From Candidatus Woesearchaeota archaeon (lineage in GTDB: Archaea; Nanobdellota; Nanobdellia; Woesearchaeales; GW2011-AR9), in contig CAMAVK010000002.1 in the NCBI GenBank assembly GCA_945861715.1, forward strand, positions 106,662-170,661: a stretch of DNA of 64,000 bases, given 5' to 3'. Positions 37,488 through 46,495 of this stretch are shown here, piece by piece. Numbering within the stretch: the stretch's first letter is position 1; each line of letters begins with the position of its first letter. Position numbers and translations under genes: made by a program. The notes beneath the pieces are model-generated. The model did no database searches, was not told the origin of the DNA, and saw only the letters and a list, made by a program, of their open reading frames with translations.

Positions 37488-37503
37488 CATTTCTAATAAG
37501 TGA

Positions 37504-38013
37504 TTAGAAATATTTTGCGATGTTGCGTTTGAATCGTCTAAGGTTTATGGATTTGCTTATTACTCTTGTTACTCTCACTCCTACTTTTACTTCTCTTGCT
37601 ATTTTAGCTAGCTTTTCTGTTTTGGATGCGGCTTTACCTAGTTCAATTGATTCATGTACTACTCCTTGACCTAGGGTTACTTGTTCTGCTGCGGTCACGG
37701 CGATGGCGGTTCTTCCTATTCCTTGGACCATTAAGCCAAAAGGTAACACTGCGAGGATATCAAGCCAATATTTTTTAATAAAAAATTTGTTGTCATGTCC
37801 TTGTTCGTGTGCTCGTTTGTAGAGGAATAGGAGGTCTATAATAAAAATACTAATGACGATTATATCTGCGAATTTCAACATTAATTTTATTTGTTCATCT
37901 TCGGGATGAACAAATACTTCTAGGATGATAATCACTAGAAGAATAGCTATGCAAAAAGGAATCAATTTACTGTTGTATCGTTCTACTTTGTTCCAAAATT
38001 CACTGTTTAACAT
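37504..38013 (-). CDS. Ion-transport voltage-sensor-like membrane protein without a pore domain
   Basis: S1-S3 pattern ('ILEV', 'DIIVISIFIIDL', 'KKYWLDILAVLPF') and a periodic basic C-terminal helix; no GYG filter. Confidence 0.6.
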   Translation of the reverse strand: MLNSEFWNKVERYNSKLIPFCIAILLVIIILEVFVHPEDEQIKLMLKFADIIVISIFIIDLLFLYKRAHEQGHDNKFFIKKYWLDILAVLPFGLMVQGIGRTAIAVTAAEQVTLGQGVVHESIELGKAASKTEKLAKIAREVKVGVRVTRVISKSINLRRFKRNIAKYF

Positions 38014-38120
38014 GATATGTGATGAATTTTTTAGGTTTTTAAGGATTGTGCTTGGTGGGGGCGGACTTTTTTGTTTATTTGAGAGGAATCTTTTTATGTG
38101 GAATCATTTCAGGGTATGAT

Positions 38121-38426
38121 ATGGATACCTTTGAAGATTCTTCTGAAGTGCATATTTTTGTTTGTACAAATGACCGGTCTGGTATAGCTGGAAATACTAA
38201 GCCTTGTTGTGCTTCGCTTGTTGGTGAGAGTGGAGTTAAGGTTTTGAAAGAGTGGGTGCGAGAACGTGGGCTTGGGGGAAGAGTAATTGTGACAAAAACC
38301 GGTTGTTTAGGATATTGTAATGAGATTGGTGCAGTTGCTTGTGTGTATCCTAAAGGATATTTTGTTCGAGGGTTACAATCAGTGGATGATGTGAAAAAAG
38401 TGATATTGTCTGAGATTAAGAAATAA
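38121..38426 (+). CDS. Thioredoxin-like [2Fe-2S] ferredoxin
   Basis: HIFVCTNDR..PCCA..TKTGCLGYC..GAVACVYPKG. Confidence 0.88.
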   Translation: MDTFEDSSEVHIFVCTNDRSGIAGNTKPCCASLVGESGVKVLKEWVRERGLGGRVIVTKTGCLGYCNEIGAVACVYPKGYFVRGLQSVDDVKKVILSEIKK

Positions 38427-38469
38427 TTTTTGTTTGTTTCTGATATTCATTAATTTTATTGGGTGCTGT

Positions 38470-39021
38470 TTAGCAAGGAGGAATTTTTTCTATTATAATT
38501 GCTTTTTCCGTGCAAATTTGTTCTTCATCGTACATGTTCACTTTTGGTATTATTTTTACTTGTTTTATTTGGCCTGCGATTGCTGGGTTATAAGGTACAT
38601 TTCCTACGTACATGCCTGCTTTTGGAATGATGGCATCGTTTAGTTCACTTGTTTGAGCTTTTTTAGCTCCTAGGGTGTTTACTAAGAGACCTTCAACTTT
38701 GATATTTTTTCCGTTTTCTAATGTGAAGTCGATTGTTTTGGTTGCAGTGTTTAGACAGAGTTGATCTTTACCACTTAGTTGGGTGATTTTTAGATTGATG
38801 TCAATAGCACATTCGGCTTGGTCTTCTACTTGTGCGCTCCCAAGTTTCATTACGACAGATCCTGCAGCAACGCCAAGAGATACAAGCAGAGCGAATCCCA
38901 TTATTATTGTAATTGCCTTTCTGTTTAACTGGAATTGTCCGAGGTTCTTTTTAGAGGGAATTGACTTTTCTTTGCGCTTTGTTCGTGATGAAGTGATATG
39001 TTTTTTATTACTCATCGTCAT
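38470..39021 (-). CDS. Type IV pilin/archaellin-like protein (class III signal peptide)
   Basis: 'NRKA|ITIIMGFALLVSLGVAAGSVVM' followed by a Cys-paired beta domain. Confidence 0.65.
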   Translation of the reverse strand: MTMSNKKHITSSRTKRKEKSIPSKKNLGQFQLNRKAITIIMGFALLVSLGVAAGSVVMKLGSAQVEDQAECAIDINLKITQLSGKDQLCLNTATKTIDFTLENGKNIKVEGLLVNTLGAKKAQTSELNDAIIPKAGMYVGNVPYNPAIAGQIKQVKIIPKVNMYDEEQICTEKAIIIEKIPPC

Positions 39022-39478
39022 CCTCCGACTTTGCTGCTTGTTGTTTTAACCAATGTGGTTGTCCCTTGTATAATGTATGGGAAATTCTACTTAAGGGGAT
39101 AAATAACTCGTGATTTTGTTCTCCTTCTATTACAAGGAATCCCTTTTCTATTCTTTTTACTTTGATTGCATGAATGGGGATTTTTTTATGTGCAATTTTG
39201 TCATCATAAATAATGTGAAATTCGTGTTTTTCAGGGTGTGTATGTATCTCTTTTAGGACGTTGGTTGTCATTTCTTCAATAGTTTCAAAGGTTGCGCTTA
39301 GTTTGTAGATATAACCTGAACATGCTAACATCACAAGACCAATAACTAAACTAACGTACCAATAGTCTATGATGGGTAGTCCTCCTATGCCCCCATATAC
39401 TCCGTCAAAAAAGAGAACAATTGCAATAAAACCCACCATGGAGTATCCAATTTTTTTGAGGTCTGCTGTGTCTACCAT
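39008..39478 (-). CDS. Two-TM protein with C-terminal MJ1316 (DUF504)-like domain
   Basis: 'EFHIIYDDK..FIPLSRISHTLYKGQPHW' pattern; paralog of the adjacent gene. Confidence 0.55.
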   Translation of the reverse strand: MVDTADLKKIGYSMVGFIAIVLFFDGVYGGIGGLPIIDYWYVSLVIGLVMLACSGYIYKLSATFETIEEMTTNVLKEIHTHPEKHEFHIIYDDKIAHKKIPIHAIKVKRIEKGFLVIEGEQNHELFIPLSRISHTLYKGQPHWLKQQAAKSEDDDE

Positions 39479-39919
39479 TTATTGTCTCCAAAATGTTCTT
39501 TGTTTGAATTTTATTTCGTCAACTTTGTTCGATGGTATGAAGAATTCTTGTTTTTGTACTTTATTCTCAAAGATGAGAGTGCCTTTTTCAATTTCGATGA
39601 GGTTTTCCGCACTTAAAGTTACTTGTTGGTTTAGAGAGTCGTCCTGGTATATTATTTGATATTCTTTTTTATTTTGAGATCGTAGTACGTGGTGCAGTAC
39701 TTTGTTGCTGGCTTTTTCAAGACTGCCAAGAGGGTCGTAGTCTCTCATGATTATTCCCGAAAATGTAAGAATGCTAAAACTAATGAATAGAACAACCCAT
39801 GGGTCGTCGAGAAATGGAATGGTTGCAAAGCCTTGACTTACTCCTTTCCATGTTAAAATTACGGCAAGTGCGACATAGATAGACCATAAAAAATGTTTAT
39901 CTTGTTCGCGTAATATCAT
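39479..39919 (-). CDS. Two-TM protein with C-terminal MJ1316 (DUF504)-like domain
   Basis: 'EYQIIYQDD..FFIPSNKVDEIKFKQRTFW'; its stop codon abuts the next start. Confidence 0.55.
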   Translation of the reverse strand: MILREQDKHFLWSIYVALAVILTWKGVSQGFATIPFLDDPWVVLFISFSILTFSGIIMRDYDPLGSLEKASNKVLHHVLRSQNKKEYQIIYQDDSLNQQVTLSAENLIEIEKGTLIFENKVQKQEFFIPSNKVDEIKFKQRTFWRQ

Positions 39920-40035
39920 TCTATCCCGGTTGATTAAGGTGTTTGGGGTTTAAAAGTGTTTGTGTTTGTTGAAGTTGAATTAATGGTCTTGATAATGAGA
40001 TGAAGATGAATTATCGAAGTCGCTATTATGATGTA

Positions 40036-40554
40036 TTAGAATTGGATTCTTTTCTTCCACCATAAGTAAAATAAAAATCCTGCTCCTAACGCCATGTCTA
40101 CTACGGCAAGTTTTAGGGATGTTTGTAATCCTGCTGTTCCTTGATGTAAGAAGCTGGGATTTGTTAGTGCGTTTTCATTTATTCCATATATTGAGAAATG
40201 GGTGAGGTTTGGATAGAGTAATGGAATTCCTTGGGTTGTACAAAAATCTAGGGTTAGATGTGATGCAATTCCTAGCATGAGGGCGAGAGCGAATATTTTT
40301 TTGTTTGGATTTTTGATTAGATGAAAGATTGCTAAGATTAGCAAAGGGGTTGCGATTAGAAATAGGAAGGAATGTGTGAGTAGTCTATGAGCATCGATTT
40401 TGAAGACCCATTCAATTATAAGATCTGCGTCGGGTAAAAGTGCACCAAAGATTATGAAGAACCACGCACTTTGTGGTATTTTGAGATGTTTTATTTTTTC
40501 GTAGATTTTACCGAAGGTGTATCCACCGATGATATGACCTGAGGCAAATGACAT
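40036..40554 (-). CDS. Membrane-bound metal-dependent hydrolase (YdjM/DUF457)
   Basis: GH, GALLPDAD, HRLLTHS, SHLTLD..T..GIPLLYP motifs. Confidence 0.88.
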   Translation of the reverse strand: MSFASGHIIGGYTFGKIYEKIKHLKIPQSAWFFIIFGALLPDADLIIEWVFKIDAHRLLTHSFLFLIATPLLILAIFHLIKNPNKKIFALALMLGIASHLTLDFCTTQGIPLLYPNLTHFSIYGINENALTNPSFLHQGTAGLQTSLKLAVVDMALGAGFLFYLWWKKRIQF

Positions 40555-40713
40555 GGGTTGGGAGTTTTTTACGTGTTTAAATATGTGATGTTTGCAGGTG
40601 AATTTATTTTGGTTTGAAATCTGTTTTTTGTTCGTGTTTTTTGGTAATTTTGTTTTTAATTGGAATGTTTTATCGCGAAAGCCTAATAAATAAAGCTGGT
40701 TATCTCTTTTTTT

Positions 40714-41913
40714 ATGTTAGTTGGAATTGTGGGTAAACCAAACGTTGGGAAAAGTACGTTTTTTAAGGCCGCGTCGCTCGCTGATGCGCTTATTGCTAAT
40801 TATCCGTTTGCAACGATTAAACCTAATTCTGGTGTTGGGTTTGTGAAGATTGATTGTGCAGATAAAGATTTTCAAAAACAATGTAATCCACGTATGGGGT
40901 ATTGTGTAGGTGGTTTTCGTTTTCTTCCTGTTCAATTAATTGATGTTGCGGGTCTTGTTCCTGGGGCTCATGAAGGTCTTGGTATGGGTAATCAATTTCT
41001 TGATGATTTGCGTCAAGCGGATGTCTTGGTTCATGTTATTGATGTTGCAGGATCAACGAATGAGAAAGGTGAGACGGTTGCGTTAGGTTCTTATGATCCT
41101 GCTGCAGATGTTACGTTTCTTGAGGTAGAGTTGGATATGTGGTATTTGGGCATTCTTACCAAGGGTTGGGAAAAATTTGCTCGTACTGTTGTGCAGGAAA
41201 AAGTCTCTATTAACATTGCGCTAGCAAAGCAACTTTCTGGTCTTGGAGTTAATGAAGCTTTGATGGAAGATGCGGTGGAAAAGTTAGCACTTAACCCTGA
41301 AAAGCCGCAGTTGTGGGTTGATGACGATCTATTGCGGTTGGCGAAATTTTTACGAAGTTCTACTAAACCTATGGTTATGGCATGTAATAAAGTTGATTTG
41401 CCAGGAGCTCGAGAGAATTTTAACAGACTTTGTACTCAATTTCCTCAGTATACTTTTATTGCGTGTAGTGGAGATTATGAACTTGCACTTAAAGAAGCGA
41501 ATAAGGCAGGATTGATTTCATATATCCCTGGAAGTTCGTCATTTGATATTTTGCATCCTGAAAAGTTGAATGAGAAACAAATTGCTGCTCTTGACGATAT
41601 ACAGAAGACAGTACTTTCTGCTCCGGGTGGGACGGGAGTTCAAAAAGTAATTGATGTTGCTGTTTTGGATGTGTTAAAATATATGGCGATATTTCCAGGT
41701 GGTGTAACAAAGCTTGAAGATAAGGATGGAAATGTGCTTCCAGATTGCTTTTTGATGAAGAGTGAGTCGACAGCACTCGATTTTGCATATCGGCTACATA
41801 CAGATTTAGGTAAAGGTTTCATTTGTGCTAAGGACGTTCATACAAAACGAACAGTGGGTCGTGATCATATTTTGCATCATAGGGATGTTATTGAGATTGT
41901 AAGTGGGAAATAA
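40714..41913 (+). CDS. ychF: YchF/Obg-family ATPase (archaeal type, TGS domain)
   Basis: GKPNVGKST, NYPFATI, DVAGLVPGAHEG.G.GNQFLDDL, NKVD and a C-terminal TGS domain. Confidence 0.92.
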   Translation: MLVGIVGKPNVGKSTFFKAASLADALIANYPFATIKPNSGVGFVKIDCADKDFQKQCNPRMGYCVGGFRFLPVQLIDVAGLVPGAHEGLGMGNQFLDDLRQADVLVHVIDVAGSTNEKGETVALGSYDPAADVTFLEVELDMWYLGILTKGWEKFARTVVQEKVSINIALAKQLSGLGVNEALMEDAVEKLALNPEKPQLWVDDDLLRLAKFLRSSTKPMVMACNKVDLPGARENFNRLCTQFPQYTFIACSGDYELALKEANKAGLISYIPGSSSFDILHPEKLNEKQIAALDDIQKTVLSAPGGTGVQKVIDVAVLDVLKYMAIFPGGVTKLEDKDGNVLPDCFLMKSESTALDFAYRLHTDLGKGFICAKDVHTKRTVGRDHILHHRDVIEIVSGK

Positions 41914-41976
41914 AAGCTAGTTATTTTGTCTTTTTTAAGTGATAACTTTATAAATATGGTGTTTGTTTTACCTTTT

Positions 41977-43005
41977 ATGGGAAAATCTGTCGCTGTTGAA
42001 TTACAAGTGACTTGTTCTGTTGTTGAACCACATAACTTGGGAACTCGTCGCTATTTTCTTTCTCAATCTGCACTTGTTGGGGGGTTTTCCAATTATGGCT
42101 ATTTTGATCTTAAGGATCGTTTCTGCAAGGAGATGTATTTGGGAGGGGTAGAAAGTGCTGTTTTGTTGCCTGATCCTTATCTTTCATCATGTCATGCTCG
42201 TATTTCACGTGGATTATATGGTGGTTTGCGGGTACGAGATTTAGGCAGCACGAATGGGAGTTATGTCACATCGAAAAACGGCCTAGAATGTTTATTGCCA
42301 GCTGATGAAAATAATCCACTTGAGATAGGAGATTCTTTTACCCTTGGGAAATCTCGTTTTGAAATTATTGGAGAACGTGAGGTTCCTCGTCGTTTCTTTG
42401 TTTTTGTATGTGGATCTGACTCGAATATATCTTCATCAATAGGGGTTGGGATGTCGCTTCTTGAACCAGAATTTCGTTCTCGTGGATATACGCTTCTCCC
42501 ATTGATTGGAGATGTAGTTTCTACCAAAAGTGTTCTTGATACTATTGGTCGTTTGCATTCGCAGGGTGGTATTGATGACTTGTGGGTTCATTTTCATGGA
42601 CATGGTGCTCAAGATGGGTTTGCTACCCAGTTCAATGTCATTCTCCCTGATTATTTTTTACGAAAGGTGAGTACAATGGCAGAGCGAAAGGTTATTTCGA
42701 TTGATTCTTGTTATTCTGGGGTTTGGATGAGTGGTTATAATTCTCGTGATTGTTCTTCAATGGCGGTTGCATGTGCTAGTGCTCCATCTAAAGTTGCATA
42801 TTGTCATAGAACTCAGACGGTTGATGTTGGGGAACCAGTTGGAAATTTAACTAACTTGATTTATAAATTTCTTCGTAGTGGTCGTGGTTCGATGCCTATT
42901 CACTCTCTATTTTCACCTTCCAATGTTGCTGTTTATGATCGGTTAGCTCTTCAGGGTGGAGATATGGTTGGGGATAATGTTGTTATCCCTCGAAGAATTA
43001 TTTAA
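41977..43005 (+). CDS. FHA domain + caspase-like (C14) peptidase fusion
   Basis: FHA 'LSSCHARI..VRDLGSTNGSYV..IGDSFTLG'; catalytic dyad contexts 'VHFHGHG' and 'IDSCYSG'. Confidence 0.8.
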   Translation: MGKSVAVELQVTCSVVEPHNLGTRRYFLSQSALVGGFSNYGYFDLKDRFCKEMYLGGVESAVLLPDPYLSSCHARISRGLYGGLRVRDLGSTNGSYVTSKNGLECLLPADENNPLEIGDSFTLGKSRFEIIGEREVPRRFFVFVCGSDSNISSSIGVGMSLLEPEFRSRGYTLLPLIGDVVSTKSVLDTIGRLHSQGGIDDLWVHFHGHGAQDGFATQFNVILPDYFLRKVSTMAERKVISIDSCYSGVWMSGYNSRDCSSMAVACASAPSKVAYCHRTQTVDVGEPVGNLTNLIYKFLRSGRGSMPIHSLFSPSNVAVYDRLALQGGDMVGDNVVIPRRII

Positions 43006-43010
43006 AGAGT

Positions 43011-43514
43011 TTATTCTGATATTGCAGTTTTGTGAGTGCTTGCGTTCCAGAGTTTTCGCCATTGATGCAAGAATTTTCTATATGGGTATGCTGAGAGAAT
43101 AACGACTGGGAGGCTACTTAGTAAGGCGGTTGTTGAGGTGGTAAGGGAATCTGATGTGGCTGCGAGAATTGCGCTGTACAAAGGGATATGGGGTATTAAG
43201 AGTCCTGAGATGTCAATTGCACATTGGCTTTGCCATGGTTTTTGGTTATAGCTGTGTTTTTGTTGCCAATAATCTGCGAATTTGGTGAGGGGATATGCGG
43301 TTGCGAGTGAAAGTGTTGCAGCGGTAATCCTTGAAGTTGTTACTTCATGAAATGGTTTGGATGCTATGAAGTGTTCTAGGGCAGCCATTATAGGTGTATA
43401 AAAAAGGTTTCCAGCAGTTATTGCAATTGTGTAATCTTTAATGAATTGGCCTACTTGGTGGTGTTTTTTCTGGACATTCACTGGTTCGTTTGAGAGAAGT
43501 TCATCAATTGTCAT
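43011..43514 (-). CDS. AlaE (L-alanine exporter)-like membrane protein
   Basis: 'LEHFIA..TSR..AYPL..FADYW' and 'PLYSAIL..PYRKFLHQWRKL' pattern with four hydrophobic helices. Confidence 0.55.
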   Translation of the reverse strand: MTIDELLSNEPVNVQKKHHQVGQFIKDYTIAITAGNLFYTPIMAALEHFIASKPFHEVTTSRITAATLSLATAYPLTKFADYWQQKHSYNQKPWQSQCAIDISGLLIPHIPLYSAILAATSDSLTTSTTALLSSLPVVILSAYPYRKFLHQWRKLWNASTHKTAISE

Positions 43515-43661
43515 TTGTAATATGGAGAATGGGGTTTATTTATAATGAAATCCCTCGTAATTCTCATATTTGTTAGGAATTTCACATAGAATTCCTTTCA
43601 TTTTTGTTTGGTTTGTAGGGAAAGGAATTATAAATGCGTTTAGGGTTGATTTTGTGTGTCC

Positions 43662-44003
43662 TTACTTGAGCTTTATTTCAGTTGCTAGGATTTCTTCTTG
43701 TCCGTTTCGTATTTGAGTTGTTCCACTTATTTCTACATGGTCGCCTTGTTTTACACCTGTTGGTTCACTTGTGAACACAATTACTTTTTTGGTTTGGGTC
43801 GTTTGTCCTTCGATCTCAAGAAATAATGCTTTGTCAACGGTTGTCATTTTTGTGATTGTTCCGCTGATAGTGGTTATTGTTGTTTGGTCTAATTTTGTTT
43901 CTGGAAGTACATTTGGGATAATATCTTGAGCTATTATGTAGAGGAAAAGAAGTCCAATGATGGTGGTTAGAAGTGCTATTTTTTCAATCGTTTTTTCATC
44001 CAT
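43662..44003 (-). CDS. Membrane-anchored OB-fold protein
   Basis: N-terminal TM, then 'ISGTI..LFLEI..KVIVF..GDHVEISG..EILATEI'. Confidence 0.75.
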   Translation of the reverse strand: MDEKTIEKIALLTTIIGLLFLYIIAQDIIPNVLPETKLDQTTITTISGTITKMTTVDKALFLEIEGQTTQTKKVIVFTSEPTGVKQGDHVEISGTTQIRNGQEEILATEIKLK

Positions 44004-44136
44004 TTTTTTGCTATTAAAGTTATCATTGATATATATTTGCTGTTTACTTTGTTTTTGAATATTGGTATATATGGCCTTATTGTCGTCAAACAGTTGTTAC
44101 ATATTATTATAAAGGAGTGGAGTTTGTTTATTTGTT

Positions 44137-44571
44137 ATGAATATCAAAGAATTAGGTCATGTGGTGTTATATGTTACTGATGTAGAACTTGTTGGTTCTT
44201 TTTATCGCGATGTGCTTGGGTTTCGAGTGGTTGCTGCCCAGAAAGGTATGATGGCATTTTCTGGTGGTAGAACGCATCATGAATTACTTCTTGTTGAAGT
44301 AGGTGGGGAGAAGCAGAAGCGAGGGGTTAAACCGGGTTTATATCATATTGGGTTTAAAATTGGAACAACTAAAGAAGATTTGAAGGATGCTATTACTGTT
44401 CTTGAGAGAAAGGGAAAACCAATTGGTGGGTTTGCGGATCATTATGTTACGCAAAGTGTTTATACCATGGATCCGGATGGGAATGAGGTTGAGTTGTATG
44501 TTGATGTGTCTGATGAGTGGAAGATTGATCCATCAGTGATTATGCGACCGACACGAAAGTTGAATTTTTAA
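44137..44571 (+). CDS. VOC/glyoxalase family protein
   Basis: LGHVVLYV, FYRDVLGF, HHEL, GLYHIGF, DPDGNEVELY. Confidence 0.92.
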   Translation: MNIKELGHVVLYVTDVELVGSFYRDVLGFRVVAAQKGMMAFSGGRTHHELLLVEVGGEKQKRGVKPGLYHIGFKIGTTKEDLKDAITVLERKGKPIGGFADHYVTQSVYTMDPDGNEVELYVDVSDEWKIDPSVIMRPTRKLNF

Positions 44572-44823
44572 TTTTGTTTGTTTCTTTTTCTTTTGCGTGA
44601 TTCTTATGGGTTTGAAGTTGCTCATGCTGAGGGGAGATATACTATCGTTCCGGCACGAACATTACGGTAGTATTTTTTGATATTTGTTATATTGGAAGTT
44701 CGGGTTTTAGATATTTTTACCAACAGCTTTTTAAATTAGGATTAGTTTTTTAGGTTATAATTGCTGAGGCCGCCGTTTGAGCGTGGGCTTGTTAAGGTCC
44801 TTTAGTCTTGGGAGATATTTATT

Positions 44824-45219
44824 ATGGATATTGTACTTGTAATGGGTGCCAAAGATGGCAAATGTTATCAAAAGAAGGTAACTGGTGAAGCAGGAGATTT
44901 CTTTGTTAATAAGCGTCTTGGTGAAGCTGTTGTTGGCGATAAATTTGGCCTTGCAGGATATGAATTTCTTATTACTGGCGGATCTGATAATGCAGGATTT
45001 CCTATGCGACGAGGTATTCCTCAAGCGCGTAAGCGAATTTTGACTGGTAAAGGAGTAGGTTTTAGTGGTTACGATCGAAATGGAAAGAAGCAACCTGGTC
45101 TTGTTCGCAGACGTACCGTTTGTGGAGATGCTGTTACTCGCTCAACTCAACAAATTAATTTGAAAGTAACAAAGGAAGGTCCAGAAGCTCTTCCTCATGA
45201 GCCTGCTTCTAAGAAGTAA
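44824..45219 (+). CDS. rps6e: 30S ribosomal protein S6e
   Basis: 'GLAGYEFLITGGSDNAGFPMR', 'GLVRRRTVCG', 'QINLKV'. Confidence 0.95.
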   Translation: MDIVLVMGAKDGKCYQKKVTGEAGDFFVNKRLGEAVVGDKFGLAGYEFLITGGSDNAGFPMRRGIPQARKRILTGKGVGFSGYDRNGKKQPGLVRRRTVCGDAVTRSTQQINLKVTKEGPEALPHEPASKK

Positions 45220-45390
45220 TTTTTTTAGTTGATGGTTCGTTGAATTAAGGTTGTTTTTCTTTTTTTTACTTTCTTTTTTTATGATATATTATGTTCTCAT
45301 TTTGACGTTTTTGTTGTAGTAAGGCTTCTTGAGGCGCAAAAACTTTTTATACTCATCTTGAATGTATCATTTAATTAGTGAATTGGTGAT

Positions 45391-45555
45391 ATGGTGGCTG
45401 ATATACAACTGGCAGTAGGTGGGTTTATGGAATATCTTAATGGTATTTTACGTGGATTTTCCTATGCGGATACAGATGAGAAGGTAGCAGTTGTGTGTTT
45501 GTTTTTTGGTCTCTTTCTGTTGCTTACATCAGTGGTATTGTTTATTGTTTTATGA
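45391..45555 (+). CDS. Small membrane protein (54 aa), absent from the ORF track
   Basis: GGTGAT RBS and upstream TATA; MVADIQLAVGGFMEYLNG...EKVAVVCLFFGLFLLLTSVVLFIVL*. Confidence 0.65.
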   Translation: MVADIQLAVGGFMEYLNGILRGFSYADTDEKVAVVCLFFGLFLLLTSVVLFIVL

Positions 45556-45638
45556 GGTTTATGAATGCTTTTACATATTCTCAGTTTAAAATAATGTTAA
45601 ATAGAATGTTAAAAAATGTTAAGATAAGGTGATTAATT

Positions 45639-46469
45639 ATGACACATGAAAAATGGGATGCTCCTCATCATAAAGAGGAAAAAGGGCTTATGGATAAAAA
45701 AGTTACATTTCAATTTAGTATTGGGGCGTTTTTGAAAATAATTTTAGTGGTGGCGGTGTTAACCGGTGTATTTCTGTTAGGTCGTTGGAGTGTTGACCCA
45801 GTTGTTTCAAATGATGTTGCGGGACAAGCTGTTTCCCTTGAATCTAAATCTGAGCCGGGATTTTTTTCGAGGATTTTCGGAGGGAGTTCTGAAGGTAGTC
45901 AATCGGGCATTACTGTGAGTGTGGTGCATAATGACACTGATAGTACGGGTTTGAATAGTTCATCATCCGCGAATGCCTCTGCAGTTGTTGCAGTGGCACC
46001 AGTTGTTGAAGCTCCTGTTGTTGCTCCTGTGGTTGCTAATAGTTCTCCTGTTGTGGTAGCAAATGCGAGTGAGGAAACGGTTCTTACTGCCTATCCTACT
46101 GGGACGCTCGCGTTTAGTGTTGTGAATGTGCAAAAAGAATGGTTTGATACTTGGGGCAAAATAACTCGCTTGGAAGTATCTTTTAAAAATAATGCGGAAG
46201 GAACGGTTAAGGCTAAATATATTACCATTAATGTGGAAGGGTATGATTATGATAAGAAAGTGCCTTTGGTTGAAGAAGGGACGGTTGCAATTAAGGCAGG
46301 TCAAACGAAGAGTTTGTTTGTTGTGGTTCCGGGTGGTTTTGCTTATAATAAACTTACAGCGGGTGATTTGAAGAGTGTTCGAATTATTGCGATATTATTT
46401 GATGAGAAGGATGTTCAAATTGCAACAGATAATAAGGATTATGATATAGAAGGACCAGCTCCTAAATAG
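45639..46469 (+). CDS. Membrane-anchored protein with low-complexity stalk and C-terminal Ig-like domain
   Basis: TM 'IILVVAVLTGVFLLGRW', AGQAV motif, AGGTGA RBS. Confidence 0.7.
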   Translation: MTHEKWDAPHHKEEKGLMDKKVTFQFSIGAFLKIILVVAVLTGVFLLGRWSVDPVVSNDVAGQAVSLESKSEPGFFSRIFGGSSEGSQSGITVSVVHNDTDSTGLNSSSSANASAVVAVAPVVEAPVVAPVVANSSPVVVANASEETVLTAYPTGTLAFSVVNVQKEWFDTWGKITRLEVSFKNNAEGTVKAKYITINVEGYDYDKKVPLVEEGTVAIKAGQTKSLFVVVPGGFAYNKLTAGDLKSVRIIAILFDEKDVQIATDNKDYDIEGPAPK

Positions 46470-46495
46470 AGCTTGAAAGGATGTTTTTTTTCTTT

